Origin: Candidatus Altimarinota bacterium | Lineage (GTDB): Bacteria; Patescibacteriota; Gracilibacteria; JBDHUY01 | DNA length: 64,000 bases | Reading direction: 5' to 3' | NCBI GenBank assembly: GCA_039809385.1 | Contig: JBDHUY010000004.1 | Span: 71,298-135,297, forward strand | Shown here: positions 39,829-49,800 of the stretch, in pieces | Layout: the number at the start of each line of letters is the position of its first letter | How positions within the stretch are numbered: the first letter of the stretch is position 1 | Program-made: the position numbers and the translations under genes | The notes under the pieces: model-generated | What the model was told of the DNA's origin: nothing | What the model saw: the letters and a program-made list of their open reading frames with translations, nothing else | Databases searched by the model: none

Positions 39829-40377
39829 TCAAGAATGCTTTTTCAGGCCGAAATAGCCGACTGTGGCAAAAAGTCCGAAAGGAAGTCGGATATGAATCTT
39901 TCCCAAATATTGATGCGGCTTGATTTCGACGATTTCGTCCACGATGATGCGGATGATCCAGGGATTTTGCGGATCGCTATAATCCAGGCGTATAACATCT
40001 ACTTCGGGATCGCGTACGCCTTTTGTTTTTGAAGTGTTGAAATAATAGGCATGCGTGTTGCCTTCATGGTTCTTACTGAAAAGTGTATAAAAAGGCGTGG
40101 CGATGGCGAGAATGGCTGCTCCGGTGGGGGTAAAAATATTAAACCCTTTTTGTTCTGAAGCCACAAATGATTTTCCCAGCCACGGAGTTTGCATGTCAAA
40201 CAGAACGTGGGCGCTGCCCGGATGAAAACCGTCTGGAGCGTGGGCCGGCAGTTTTCCCGAAATAAACGGCTTTTGATAGCGACCGTGTTCGCTGATCCAG
40301 GTCAGGACTGCCAATCCGGCAATCAATACAATCAAGATCGATACCAGGATGACAATGAGAGTTAGCAGAAGTTCCAT
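39829..40377 (-). CDS. Hypothetical membrane-anchored protein
   Basis: TM helix; W.GKSF and LDY....NP..IR.I.DEIVE.....YLGK motifs. Confidence 0.65.
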   Translation of the reverse strand: MELLLTLIVILVSILIVLIAGLAVLTWISEHGRYQKPFISGKLPAHAPDGFHPGSAHVLFDMQTPWLGKSFVASEQKGFNIFTPTGAAILAIATPFYTLFSKNHEGNTHAYYFNTSKTKGVRDPEVDVIRLDYSDPQNPWIIRIIVDEIVEIKPHQYLGKIHIRLPFGLFATVGYFGLKKHS

Positions 40378-40452
40378 GTAACAACAAACTTTAATGATAA
40401 GAAATAGCATCTTTTCAATTATATACGAATATTGTCGTCTTGTAAAACTAGC

Positions 40453-40480
40453 TTGACATCATTGGTAAGGCGCCTATACT
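40453..40480 (+). promoter_or_regulatory. Sigma70-type promoter of the desaturase gene
   Basis: TTGACA-N16-TATACT. Confidence 0.6.
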
Positions 40481-40518
40481 ATGCTCTCGTCTTTTTGTCA
40501 TTTTTCACGTTCATAACC

Positions 40519-41490
40519 ATGGAGATAGAAGATCTACTTTCCAAAAAAAACTTTCAACTTTTATCCAAAGAGATCCAGGAGGTGCTCAATAACCAGACCT
40601 GGTTCCAGTTACACGGTTTCGAGTGGCTATTTTTCTTGCTGCGCAGTATAGCATTTGCCGCAATATTCGTATGTTTTGCTCTGACAGACGGATGGCTGCG
40701 TCTCTTGACGTTGATCCCTCTGTCCTATCTTTATTACGGTATCGGTATTACCGGTACGCACGAGACGAGTCATCGGGCTTTTACCAAAAGTGTCCGCTGG
40801 AATAAAATTTGGAGCTATTTCTTCTCAGACTTCTGGGCTTCGCAAAGCAGCGCCTGGTGGTATAACCGGCATGTAAAAATTCATCATGCTTTTACCAATA
40901 TCCCTTCCAAAGAGGAGATGGATTTTCTGTATCCGTGGCTGAATAAATATATTTTCTTTTTTGTGGCGCCGTATTTGGTGCTAGGCTGGTTGATTGTCAA
41001 TAGTGTTCGTTTCTTGTGGGGCAAATGGGGCGAATTTATAAAATTTACAACTTGTATGCTATTAGGCATAGCTTTTCACCTGGGACTATTTCTATTATTT
41101 GTACCGCTTCCCGAAGCGTTGTTGTATTTTTTCATTATGCGGTCGTTGTTTTCTCCGGTATTTGTCCATATTGCTACGTTTAACCATATCGGTCTGGAAA
41201 ACCCGGATATCAAACCGCCGTGGCTTCCGCATCAGACCAGAACCACGCGTAATCTCAAACCTCACTGGTTTCTCACCGGCATGGGCGGCAATGCTTTTAT
41301 CGACTGTCATATCGAACATCATCTTTTTCCCAGCATCTCTAACCGGATGCTGGCCAAGATCAGACCGATCACGGTCAAGTTTTTGAAGCGCGAAGGGTAT
41401 AAATATGTCGAAGAAACGTATCGGAGCTGTCTGGCTTATTGTTTGAGAAATTATAAATATATTTTTCAGCAGGGTCCGGTCGCTCTTTAG
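40519..41490 (+). CDS. Membrane fatty acid desaturase
   Basis: Three His boxes HETSH, HVKIHH and HIEHHLFP, with TM helices. Confidence 0.92.
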   Translation: MEIEDLLSKKNFQLLSKEIQEVLNNQTWFQLHGFEWLFFLLRSIAFAAIFVCFALTDGWLRLLTLIPLSYLYYGIGITGTHETSHRAFTKSVRWNKIWSYFFSDFWASQSSAWWYNRHVKIHHAFTNIPSKEEMDFLYPWLNKYIFFFVAPYLVLGWLIVNSVRFLWGKWGEFIKFTTCMLLGIAFHLGLFLLFVPLPEALLYFFIMRSLFSPVFVHIATFNHIGLENPDIKPPWLPHQTRTTRNLKPHWFLTGMGGNAFIDCHIEHHLFPSISNRMLAKIRPITVKFLKREGYKYVEETYRSCLAYCLRNYKYIFQQGPVAL

Positions 41491-41511
41491 TTTTTTCAAT
41501 AGCCAGCTTTA

Positions 41512-41549
41512 AAAAAACACCCCTCCATGTTTCGGAAAGGGTGTTTTTT
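41512..41549. terminator. Bidirectional intrinsic terminator
   Basis: aaaaaacaccct...agggtgtttttt between convergent genes. Confidence 0.8.
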
Positions 41550-41571
41550 AACTGTGCGTATAGAAAAAGTG

Positions 41572-42063
41572 CTACGAGTGATGATTCGTATTATGGTTTT
41601 CGGTATGTTCTTCGTCGTCTTCGTCCTCTTCATGGTGACTATTGGTGTTCTCGTTCTCTTCTTCGTCCATATCCTCGTGGCCATTACGGTTTTTATTTTC
41701 GTTTTTGACACTACCGTTCCGGTTAGCGTTGTCCTGTTCGTGGCGGTTCATATTGCGGTTTCTATTCTCGTTCCCGACATTCGCGTTGATGTTTTCAATA
41801 CTTCCTCCGTGCATGATCTGGTGGTATCTTCCCAGGATCGTGATCAATTCGGCGCGGCTGACTGCGCTGTTAGGACGGAATGTGCCGTCATCGAACCCTT
41901 TGATGATGCCGTTCTCCTGAGCCCAGTTCAGATACGGGGCATAGTACGATCTTTCGTCGGCATCTTTAAAGAGCCTTGAGACTCCGATGGCGCTCACACC
42001 ACCGGCCAGAAATATTACCAGGCTAATCAAAGCCAGCGAGGTTACCCGAAGGGTCATTTTCAT
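41572..42063 (-). CDS. SLH (S-layer homology) domain protein with Asn/Glu/His-rich tail
   Basis: Signal peptide; FKD, GIIKGFDDGTFRPNSAVSRAE. Confidence 0.88.
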   Translation of the reverse strand: MKMTLRVTSLALISLVIFLAGGVSAIGVSRLFKDADERSYYAPYLNWAQENGIIKGFDDGTFRPNSAVSRAELITILGRYHQIMHGGSIENINANVGNENRNRNMNRHEQDNANRNGSVKNENKNRNGHEDMDEEENENTNSHHEEDEDDEEHTENHNTNHHS

Positions 42064-42225
42064 ACGGGACCGGGATTAAGAATAAGTTATACAAAAAAGA
42101 AAACGGTTCTTTGTATCTTCTGTTTCAGGTTTTTTATAAATATTTTTATTTTGACAACGTGTTTTAGTTGTGCTAAATGTAAATCTTCAGCGTCTAATTC
42201 TCTTCCTCACCGTAGTACGCAAAGT

Positions 42226-43221
42226 ATGTCACCTGTTGAATATCGTAATGTTAGCCCACGGCAGTTTTCCGACCCCTTTGTTATAAAAACAACCAACAAT
42301 ACAGGGTGTAGGATGCTGGTTCTTGGAGAATCTTTTGTCAAACATAATCCCGGTCCGGATATACGAGATTACTGTCCTCTCGTCAACCGCTTCATTAACC
42401 GTCTTGAAGACTGGGAGGAACGGTTCGCTCTGTTTGCCTATTTTGGTCTCAATGGACCCCGAATGACCTATCGCGATATTGGCGATATGTTGGGAATTAG
42501 TCAAAAGAGAGTCGCACAGATCGTAACGAGAGCACTCGGCAAATTTAGAGAGTTACAAAATAATCCCCAGAATAATGGTCCGGAAATCTCAAATAATCCT
42601 TTGCGTTTGCAAATGCCCCCATCTCTCTGGGCGCAGCCTGAACAGATGGCTCGTTTTTTTGCCGATGATTATCCAGATCTGGCAAGATTTCTACCGCTCT
42701 TCTTTTCTGAAAGTGTTCCGGATCACAATAAAAACAAAATCCTGCTTCGGTTCGCTTTGGGTTCTTTTTCACAAACACTTGGTATGGGAGAGCGGTATAT
42801 GCTGGCAGTTCTTTCCCTGATTCATTTGGAGCCGGAGCTATCCCTCTATCTGCTTGATAGCTCAAACCTTCGGAAGAAAGTAGATGAGGTGTTGGGGCAG
42901 CTTTCCCCGAAGATCTCTGCGAAGATTCGGCAACTATATAGTCTTTCCGAAGGGCTGGCAGCAAAACCAGAAGTGAACCTTACCAATGAAAGCAAAGCCC
43001 ATTTGCAAATCTTTCGTGATGCCTTACTTGATCCTACTGGCGCAAAGAGGCTGCGAAAAAGATTCAATATTCAGATCACTCGTTTTGGATCAGAAGTCGC
43101 ATCTTTATTGAAACAACTTGAAGCTGTGAAGGCGCGAATACAAGTCTCTGATCCGATGGATGAACCAAATATTGAGGTAATGCAAGCAACTCTTGAAAGA
43201 ATCAAACAAACGTTATCGTAA
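42226..43221 (+). CDS. Protein with a sigma-70 region 4-like HTH
   Basis: YFGL....MTYRDIGDMLGISQKRVAQI..RAL.K; no region 2 recognised. Confidence 0.65.
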   Translation: MSPVEYRNVSPRQFSDPFVIKTTNNTGCRMLVLGESFVKHNPGPDIRDYCPLVNRFINRLEDWEERFALFAYFGLNGPRMTYRDIGDMLGISQKRVAQIVTRALGKFRELQNNPQNNGPEISNNPLRLQMPPSLWAQPEQMARFFADDYPDLARFLPLFFSESVPDHNKNKILLRFALGSFSQTLGMGERYMLAVLSLIHLEPELSLYLLDSSNLRKKVDEVLGQLSPKISAKIRQLYSLSEGLAAKPEVNLTNESKAHLQIFRDALLDPTGAKRLRKRFNIQITRFGSEVASLLKQLEAVKARIQVSDPMDEPNIEVMQATLERIKQTLS

Positions 43222-43282
43222 TAAAACGTGTTGACTTTATCCTGACAGGTCTTCAATGTGTGTTCGATCCTAATTGGTTTAT

Positions 43283-43921
43283 ATGTTTACCGGAATTATT
43301 AATTTTCAGGGCTCCCTACGTCGTATCGATCTCAACGCCCCGTTACCTTTTCTGCTCGTTGAGGTTCCGTCGGCTTTGTTCAAGACTGCCAAGCTGGGCG
43401 ACAGCATTGCGGTAGGGGGAGTCTGCCTGACCGTTGCGAAAAAAGAACAGGGGGTCTTCCGCTTCGACGTCATGCCCGAAACGATCCGCAAAACCAATCT
43501 GCGTTTTTTAAAAAAAGCAGATATGGTTAACCTTGAACCCTCTCTGCGGGTAGGGGACTCTATTGGCGGACATTTTGTGCTGGGACACGTTGACGGGGTC
43601 GGAAAGCTTATGCGGATCAAACCGGAAGGGGAGAGCCGCGTTCTGTATTTTTCCTACCCTGCCGAACTCGCACCCTTTCTGTCCCAAAAAGGATCTGTGA
43701 CGCTCAACGGAACGAGTTTAACCCTCGTTGCGGTTACCCCCACTTCTTTCAGCGTTTCTCTGGTCGATTATACTCTCAACCATACTTCGTTCGGTCGAAT
43801 GAACAAAGGCGATTCGGTCAATATCGAGGTCGATGTTCTGGCTCGCTATTTACATACCTTATTTGTACATTCCAATGTCTCACAAACACTTCGAGGGAAA
43901 TCTGGACGGTCAAAATCTTAA
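43283..43921 (+). CDS. ribE: Riboflavin synthase
   Basis: MFTGII N-terminus; GVCLT, GGHFVLGHVD and VNIEVD motifs. Confidence 0.95.
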   Translation: MFTGIINFQGSLRRIDLNAPLPFLLVEVPSALFKTAKLGDSIAVGGVCLTVAKKEQGVFRFDVMPETIRKTNLRFLKKADMVNLEPSLRVGDSIGGHFVLGHVDGVGKLMRIKPEGESRVLYFSYPAELAPFLSQKGSVTLNGTSLTLVAVTPTSFSVSLVDYTLNHTSFGRMNKGDSVNIEVDVLARYLHTLFVHSNVSQTLRGKSGRSKS

Positions 43922-44336
43922 TATCGGCATCATCGTCGGCCAGTATAATCAGGATATCACTGACAATCTTTTACAAGGAGCTGTCGAACAATTAGAATCC
44001 TACGGAGCTTCACAAATTACGATCTATAAAGTTCCCGGTATTTTCGAGATTCCGCTGGTAGCGCAGAAACTGGCCCGTGAACACAAGCACGACGGTCTGA
44101 TCGCTCTGGGCTGTGTGATCAAGGGAAAAACAGATCATTATGAGATGATCAACGAGCATTTGATTTCCGGTCTAACCAAGATCATTTTGGATTTCAGTAT
44201 TCCGATCGCCTTCGAAGTCATAGCCGCACATTCCAGAGATGTGGCGCTGGAACGTTCCGATATGGATAAAATCAATATCGGACGCGAGGCCGCTACCGCA
44301 GTCGTCAAAACCGTACGTCTCCTTAAACAACTTTGA
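43875..44336 (+). CDS. ribH: 6,7-dimethyl-8-ribityllumazine synthase
   Basis: VPG.FEIP and LGCVIKGKT.H motifs; overlaps the 3' end of ribE. Confidence 0.92.
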   Translation: MSHKHFEGNLDGQNLNIGIIVGQYNQDITDNLLQGAVEQLESYGASQITIYKVPGIFEIPLVAQKLAREHKHDGLIALGCVIKGKTDHYEMINEHLISGLTKIILDFSIPIAFEVIAAHSRDVALERSDMDKINIGREAATAVVKTVRLLKQL

Positions 44337-44403
44337 TTTTCCTTGCATCGGGAAGGATCATCTTTTACAATTTTAAAACTGTTTATCTCTTTATTATTTT
44401 CCT

Positions 44404-44877
44404 ATGTCGCGCACAACTATCTTATGGAATACTAAAAAAATTGCTGCCATCGCTTTGGCTACCTCGGCCGTCGTACTCTCGTTAACCGGTTGTCAGCCTG
44501 GCACGTCTACTACCACCACTCCCACACCGCCCTCCTCGGGATCGAGTAGTTCCGGGAGTAGCTCTTCTTCTACCACCGGAACGTATAAGGACGGAACCTA
44601 TACGGTAGTGGGGGATTATATTTCTCCCGGTGGTGCTGAACAGATCGGTGTCACTGCCACTCTAAAAAACGGCATTCTGACCGATGTCGAAGCCGAACCA
44701 AAAGCTCAGCGTCCTACATCGGTAAAGTATCAGGGAATTTTTAAAGACAATTTCAAGCCGCTGGTAGTCGGCAAAAATATCGACGAAGTCCGCCTGGATA
44801 AGGTCTCCGGCTCTTCGCTGACTCCAAAAGGATTCAATGATGCCTTAGAGAAAATAAAGGCGCAGGCAAAAGCATAG
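44404..44877 (+). CDS. FMN-binding (flavinylated) lipoprotein
   Basis: Lipobox LTGC; Ser/Thr linker; YKDGTY; flavinylation-like motif DKVSGSSLT. Confidence 0.82.
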   Translation: MSRTTILWNTKKIAAIALATSAVVLSLTGCQPGTSTTTTPTPPSSGSSSSGSSSSSTTGTYKDGTYTVVGDYISPGGAEQIGVTATLKNGILTDVEAEPKAQRPTSVKYQGIFKDNFKPLVVGKNIDEVRLDKVSGSSLTPKGFNDALEKIKAQAKA

Positions 44878-44979
44878 AGGGGAAAATTATGAATGATGAA
44901 TTATAAATGACCGGGCAGAAGATCAAAAGCTGTGATGAAAGATTGGAGCCGACTCCGCTTACATTCTGCGACATATTCG

Positions 44980-45864
44980 ATGCAACATAGCTCCTTGCCC
45001 CGCTTCGAGGCGATCGGAACAAGCTGGCAGATCGATATCTACCAGCCTGTTTCAGGTAGTGTGCAAACTCATCTTTTGGAATCGATTCGCAGCCGGATCG
45101 CTGTTTTCGATAAAAATTATTCGCGGTTTCGGGACGATTCGCTCGTGACGCGTATGGCGCGCGAAGCTGGAAATTATGAATTGCCCGCAGATGCGTTGCC
45201 GATGTTCTCTTTATACCACGAGCTGTATAGCCTTACCGAAGGGCGCTTTACTCCTCTGATCGGATCAGTGATGGAATCTGCGGGATACGATGCATCTTAC
45301 TCGTTGCACGAAAAAGAAATTTCGCCGCCGCCACGATGGCAAGAATGTATCGTATACGAGCCTTCCGGGAATACGTTGCTTCTTAAGCAGCCTGTCTTGT
45401 TGGACTTGGGAGCTCTGGGCAAAGGGTATCTGATTGATATTGTAGCCGATATTTTGCTACAAAACGGGATAGTTTCTTTTTGCATCGACGCGGGAGGGGA
45501 CATGATCCATCGGCATGTTCAGAACGAAACCTTACGGATAGGCTTGGAACATCCTGAAAATACCGAGCAGGTGATCGGAGTGACGGCTATTTCCAATCAA
45601 AGCCTGTGCGGTTCTGCCGGAAATCGCCGGGCCTGGGGACGCTTCCATCACATTATCAATCCACATACACTGGCCTCTACCCGGGAAATATTGGCTACCT
45701 GGGCCATAGCCAAGACAACCCTGCTGGCCGATGCCATGGCAACCTGTCTCTTCTTGGTACCTCCCGAAGTTCTTACAAATCGGTATGAGTTTGAGTATGT
45801 GGTATTTTCTGCCGATCATTCTATTCGATCTTCGTCAAATTTCCCGGGAGAGCTTTTTGTATAA
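44980..45864 (+). CDS. apbE: FAD:protein FMN transferase
   Basis: AIGT, SRF, DLGALGKGY, DAGGD, HHIINP and ADAMAT motifs. Confidence 0.92.
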   Translation: MQHSSLPRFEAIGTSWQIDIYQPVSGSVQTHLLESIRSRIAVFDKNYSRFRDDSLVTRMAREAGNYELPADALPMFSLYHELYSLTEGRFTPLIGSVMESAGYDASYSLHEKEISPPPRWQECIVYEPSGNTLLLKQPVLLDLGALGKGYLIDIVADILLQNGIVSFCIDAGGDMIHRHVQNETLRIGLEHPENTEQVIGVTAISNQSLCGSAGNRRAWGRFHHIINPHTLASTREILATWAIAKTTLLADAMATCLFLVPPEVLTNRYEFEYVVFSADHSIRSSSNFPGELFV

Positions 45865-46011
45865 GATGTACAGAAAGATCAAAGCCGTTCTTTCTTCGAA
45901 TTTGTCGACCCGGTTTTTCTCTTGGCAGGTTGTGATTCCTTCAGCTTTTATTATAGTAAAGGCTGTGTTAGTATACGGGAATTCAGTTTTTACTTTCTCA
46001 ACATTTCCCTC

Positions 46012-47526
46012 ATGCTCAGCTTCGTAGATAATCTATTGAATCGTTTTACGATGTACCGGATAGTGCTGTACGGTCTCTCTATTCAGGTGCTCGCTGCGAT
46101 TATTGTAGGCTTTGTCGGATTGTTGCCCTATAACGGCTTACAGATGTTTGTCTCACTCCTGATTCTCGTCGCGCTCTGTTACGGCAGCAATCTGGCATTT
46201 TCAACCTTGTTTCGTGCTCCCCGCAATACCGAGTCTTTTTTGATAACCGCGTTGATTCTCTTTTTTGTGCTGGCTCCTCCCGGCACCTGGGTTGAGGCCA
46301 GCTATCTGGCGGCTGCGGCCATCGTGGCAATGTTTTCGAAATATATTCTGGTTTTTCGCAAAAAACATTTGTTTAACCCGGCCGCTTTGAGCGCTTTTGT
46401 CCTCGGTCTTTTTGGGAGCGGACTGGCTTTGTGGTGGGTGGCCACGCCTGTGTTATTGCCGTTTACGATTCTTATCGGACTGGCCATCGTACGAAAGATA
46501 CGCCGTTTCACGTTGCTGCTGGCTTTTCTGGTCACGGCTGTCGCTTCGATCTTTTTCACTTTCTGGTCTTTTACTCCAAATATCTCTGAGTTGCTCAGGA
46601 CGATTTTTGCTTCTTTCCCTCTCGTTTTTTTCGGAACTGTTATGCTAACCGAACCTCTCACCACGCCGCCGACTCGATGGGGCCAGATTGCGTATGGTGC
46701 TTTGGTCGGTATCCTATTCGGCCTGCAGTTTCATATCGGTCCGGTCTATTCCTCGCCTGAACTGGTATTGCTGCTCGGTAATATATTTTCGTTTTTGATT
46801 AGTCCCAAATATCGTCTCAAGCTTACGCTCAAAGAAACCAATCAACTGGCTCCGATGATTCGCGAATTCGTATTTCAGAATTCTAGCAAAATAAATTTTC
46901 GTCCTGGCCAATATCTGGAGTGGACCTTGCCTCATACGGGTGTAGACGATCGCGGAAACCGCCGTTACTTTACGATATCCTCTTCTCCTACCGAGCAGGA
47001 TATTCGTCTTACCATAAAAATTGCGCCGCGTTCCAGTACGTTTAAGCAAAAGCTGTTGGATATGACGCCTGGAAGTCTCCTCTATGCGTCCCAACTAAGT
47101 GGCGATTTTGTGTTACCTGCCGATCCGACTCAAAAACTGGTCTTCATCGCGGGCGGTATCGGTATTACGCCCTTTCGCAGTATGATCCGCTATCTGGTCG
47201 ACCGCCGAGAAAAACGCGATATCACCCTTTTTTATGCTGTTTCCAGTGCCGACGAGTATGTGTTTCAGGATCTGTGGCAAGCTGCCCGTCTGGTAGGCGT
47301 GAAAACGGTGCCGATTTTGACTCAGGCTAAGACGATTCCTTCTAAATGGGAGGGAGAGATTGGCTATATCAGTGCCGAAATTCTTGATGCCGAAGTTCCT
47401 GATTACCGGTCCCGGCTCTTTTTTCTGTCGGGTCCTAATGTCATGGTAAACGCGTATAAGAAACTACTTCTCTCCTTGGGCGTTTCGCGACGTCAAATCA
47501 AAACCGACTATTTTCCGGGATTCTAG
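46012..47526 (+). CDS. RnfD/NqrB-like membrane domain fused to an FAD/NAD-binding (FNR-type) oxidoreductase
   Basis: KHLFNPAA and MLTEPLT.P in the TM part; PGQY, RYFTISSSP, AGGIGITPF and SGP in the C-terminal part. Confidence 0.88.
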   Translation: MLSFVDNLLNRFTMYRIVLYGLSIQVLAAIIVGFVGLLPYNGLQMFVSLLILVALCYGSNLAFSTLFRAPRNTESFLITALILFFVLAPPGTWVEASYLAAAAIVAMFSKYILVFRKKHLFNPAALSAFVLGLFGSGLALWWVATPVLLPFTILIGLAIVRKIRRFTLLLAFLVTAVASIFFTFWSFTPNISELLRTIFASFPLVFFGTVMLTEPLTTPPTRWGQIAYGALVGILFGLQFHIGPVYSSPELVLLLGNIFSFLISPKYRLKLTLKETNQLAPMIREFVFQNSSKINFRPGQYLEWTLPHTGVDDRGNRRYFTISSSPTEQDIRLTIKIAPRSSTFKQKLLDMTPGSLLYASQLSGDFVLPADPTQKLVFIAGGIGITPFRSMIRYLVDRREKRDITLFYAVSSADEYVFQDLWQAARLVGVKTVPILTQAKTIPSKWEGEIGYISAEILDAEVPDYRSRLFFLSGPNVMVNAYKKLLLSLGVSRRQIKTDYFPGF

Positions 47527-47555
47527 CACCAAGCTTGCAGTCTATCGTTCAGTAG

Positions 47556-48176
47556 TTACTCTGAGCGTAGCGAAGAATCTCTCTTTCTGGCAGTCCATAC
47601 CGGCAATTCCTCAAATACTATACGGGGGGTGTTGTTATTCACCGTCTCTTCATCGACGTCATAGACTTCGCAGTATAAATGCGCTACTCCTTTAAACGTT
47701 TGTTTGAGTCCATCGACCGCTAGCTTTTTTGCTACTGCGTATACCGTTGCTTCATCGTGTGCTTCCACTTCGGTATAGGGAGGCAGTCCCGGCCAGGTAT
47801 CGATCGTAATCTCGGCGCCGTCCAGTTCCCACGTTTCCCGCAGCGTCTCCTGATATGCCTTTTGTTGTAGGTAAAGATTCTGCAAAAAATCGTTCGCTAT
47901 CTCAAAACTGTCTACGCGCAGGCAAATTTCCTTTTGAGCATCCATACTGCTGACATTAGTGCCTTCCGTCTTGATGCTCATGGTAATCGCGTTACCTTCG
48001 TCCCGCACGCGCGCATAGGAACCGTTGATCTGACTTTTGGAAGAGGAGGCATAGATGCTCCGTCGAAACAGCCGTTCTGGTTCTACTAACTGTGCCCTGA
48101 TTGTCTTTAACCTTTCCCGGTAGGGGGCTTTCTCGATAAAATAGAATTTGGCTTCGAATTCGGTATAGGTAGTCAT
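47556..48176 (-). CDS. CYTH domain protein
   Basis: EFEAKF (ExExK), RVRDEG, RETW, IDTWP and EVE motifs. Confidence 0.88.
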   Translation of the reverse strand: MTTYTEFEAKFYFIEKAPYRERLKTIRAQLVEPERLFRRSIYASSSKSQINGSYARVRDEGNAITMSIKTEGTNVSSMDAQKEICLRVDSFEIANDFLQNLYLQQKAYQETLRETWELDGAEITIDTWPGLPPYTEVEAHDEATVYAVAKKLAVDGLKQTFKGVAHLYCEVYDVDEETVNNNTPRIVFEELPVWTARKRDSSLRSE

Positions 48177-48322
48177 TGGTGTTGCAAGTTAACAAAACAA
48201 TCGAGAGATAAGATAAGTCGGAAACATTTATACCCAAAATTCATCTCCTTGTGAGGTGATTATAATGGGATACTGCCCGCCTTGAGGTATGTTCCCGGTT
48301 ATTCTATACCCGGAAAACCCGC

Positions 48323-48351
48323 TTGCCAAACGAAAATATTTTTGGTACAGT
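48323..48351 (+). promoter_or_regulatory. Putative promoter of tRNA-Val
   Basis: TTGCCA-N17-TACAGT. Confidence 0.5.
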
Positions 48352-48416
48352 TTGCCCGCTTTGGCAGGGAATCTCATTTCTCCCGACTCCCAACTCCGAT
48401 CTCCCCACTTTTCCAG

Positions 48417-48493
48417 GGACGCTTAGCTCAGTTGGCTAGAGCACCTCGTTTACACCGAGGGGGTCACAGGTTCGAGTCCTGTAGCGTCCACCA
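48417..48493 (+). tRNA. tRNA-Val(TAC)
   Basis: Acceptor stem GGACGCT/AGCGTCC, anticodon arm CCTCG-TTTACAC-CGAGG, GGTTCGAGTCC T-loop, encoded CCA. Confidence 0.97.
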
Positions 48494-48594
48494 TCTTTCA
48501 ATGTCGGCGTAATAATCTATTCTAAAAAGAGAACCTCTTTGCAAAAAGAGCCGGTTTGCCTATAGTAAAAACATGTATATGTCTTTTCTGTCTT

Positions 48595-49524
48595 ATGTTG
48601 CTCTCAGTCGTTATCCCTACCTATAATCGTAAAGAAATTCTCTTTAAAACACTCTCTGCCCTCAATGAACAGCAGGGTGTTGATGTGAAGCAAATGGAAG
48701 TGCTGGTTGTCGACGACGGCAGTACCGACGGCACGCGCGAATGGATGGATCGTCCGGAATCGGCTTCGCTCTTTGATTTTCAACTCAGATACTTTCAACA
48801 GGAACATGCCGGACAGGGGAATGCGCGTAATCTGGCTTTTGACCATGCCCGGGGAGATAGTATTCTCATCCTGGGAGACGACATGATTCCCGATCCTGAT
48901 TGTGTTGCTCAGCATCTGATCGTCCATCAGACCTATCCTGCAACTGAAGTTGCCTGTCTCGGCTTCACTACCTGGCATCCTGATATCCGGGTAACGCCGT
49001 TCATGTATTTTCTCGAACACGGCGGTCCGCAATTTAATTATCCGGCTCTGGAAAAAAAGCCTATTGTCGATCAACGACTCGGTCTTAAAGAAGCCTCGTT
49101 CTGGTTTTTTTATACCGGTAATATTTCTTTGAAAAAAAAGATCCTGGAAGGAAAGCGTTTTGAACCCCTTTATACGTCCTACGGTTGGGAAGATATCGAC
49201 TTTGGCTATACACTGTTTAAAGAACGCCGTCTCAAAATTTACTATAATGCCAAAGCCAGTACCCGGCACTGGCATGAAATATCCCCTGATTCCTTTGAAC
49301 AGCGGATGGTGAGTATCGGTAAAAATGCGCTCATTTTCGATCGACGCTATCCCGAGGTTGATGTTTTGCCTCACGGGGCCAAAAAAATTATATTTCACAT
49401 ACTTTCGTGGCGGGTTGTTATTCTTATCTTTTTGTTTTTGAGCAAAATAATTATTCAATGTAGCTGGTTCTATTACTATGCTCTCTCAAAAAGGTATTTC
49501 TTAAAAGGCATAAAAGGTGTATAA
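48595..49524 (+). CDS. Glycosyltransferase family 2
   Basis: SVVIPTYN, VDDGSTD, GDD and GWED motifs. Confidence 0.92.
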   Translation: MLLSVVIPTYNRKEILFKTLSALNEQQGVDVKQMEVLVVDDGSTDGTREWMDRPESASLFDFQLRYFQQEHAGQGNARNLAFDHARGDSILILGDDMIPDPDCVAQHLIVHQTYPATEVACLGFTTWHPDIRVTPFMYFLEHGGPQFNYPALEKKPIVDQRLGLKEASFWFFYTGNISLKKKILEGKRFEPLYTSYGWEDIDFGYTLFKERRLKIYYNAKASTRHWHEISPDSFEQRMVSIGKNALIFDRRYPEVDVLPHGAKKIIFHILSWRVVILIFLFLSKIIIQCSWFYYYALSKRYFLKGIKGV

Positions 49525-49800
49525 TAACGGGAATGCCGAATAACAATCCGCCTCGGCGGACAAATACTAAAAAAAACGAGCGGGTAGCGACCAGCGTTTA
49601 GCTAGAAGAGACAAGAATCAGCAATGTAGAAGTAGGAATCAAGGGAAAGCAGTTGACCTTTGTTCTGTATCAAATCCTAGATGTTACCTTCTATTCGTGA
49701 TTCTTCATTCGTACTTCGCATGAGATACGTTCGAGACCACGGCCAGATAGTCTGCTAGGTTGAAGAAGCATGCAGGTAATTCACTTAGAGCAAAATTCTT

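Noticed and set aside
43222-43282. FMN riboswitch before ribE
   Set aside because: Gap is only about 60 bp and lacks the conserved RFN sequences
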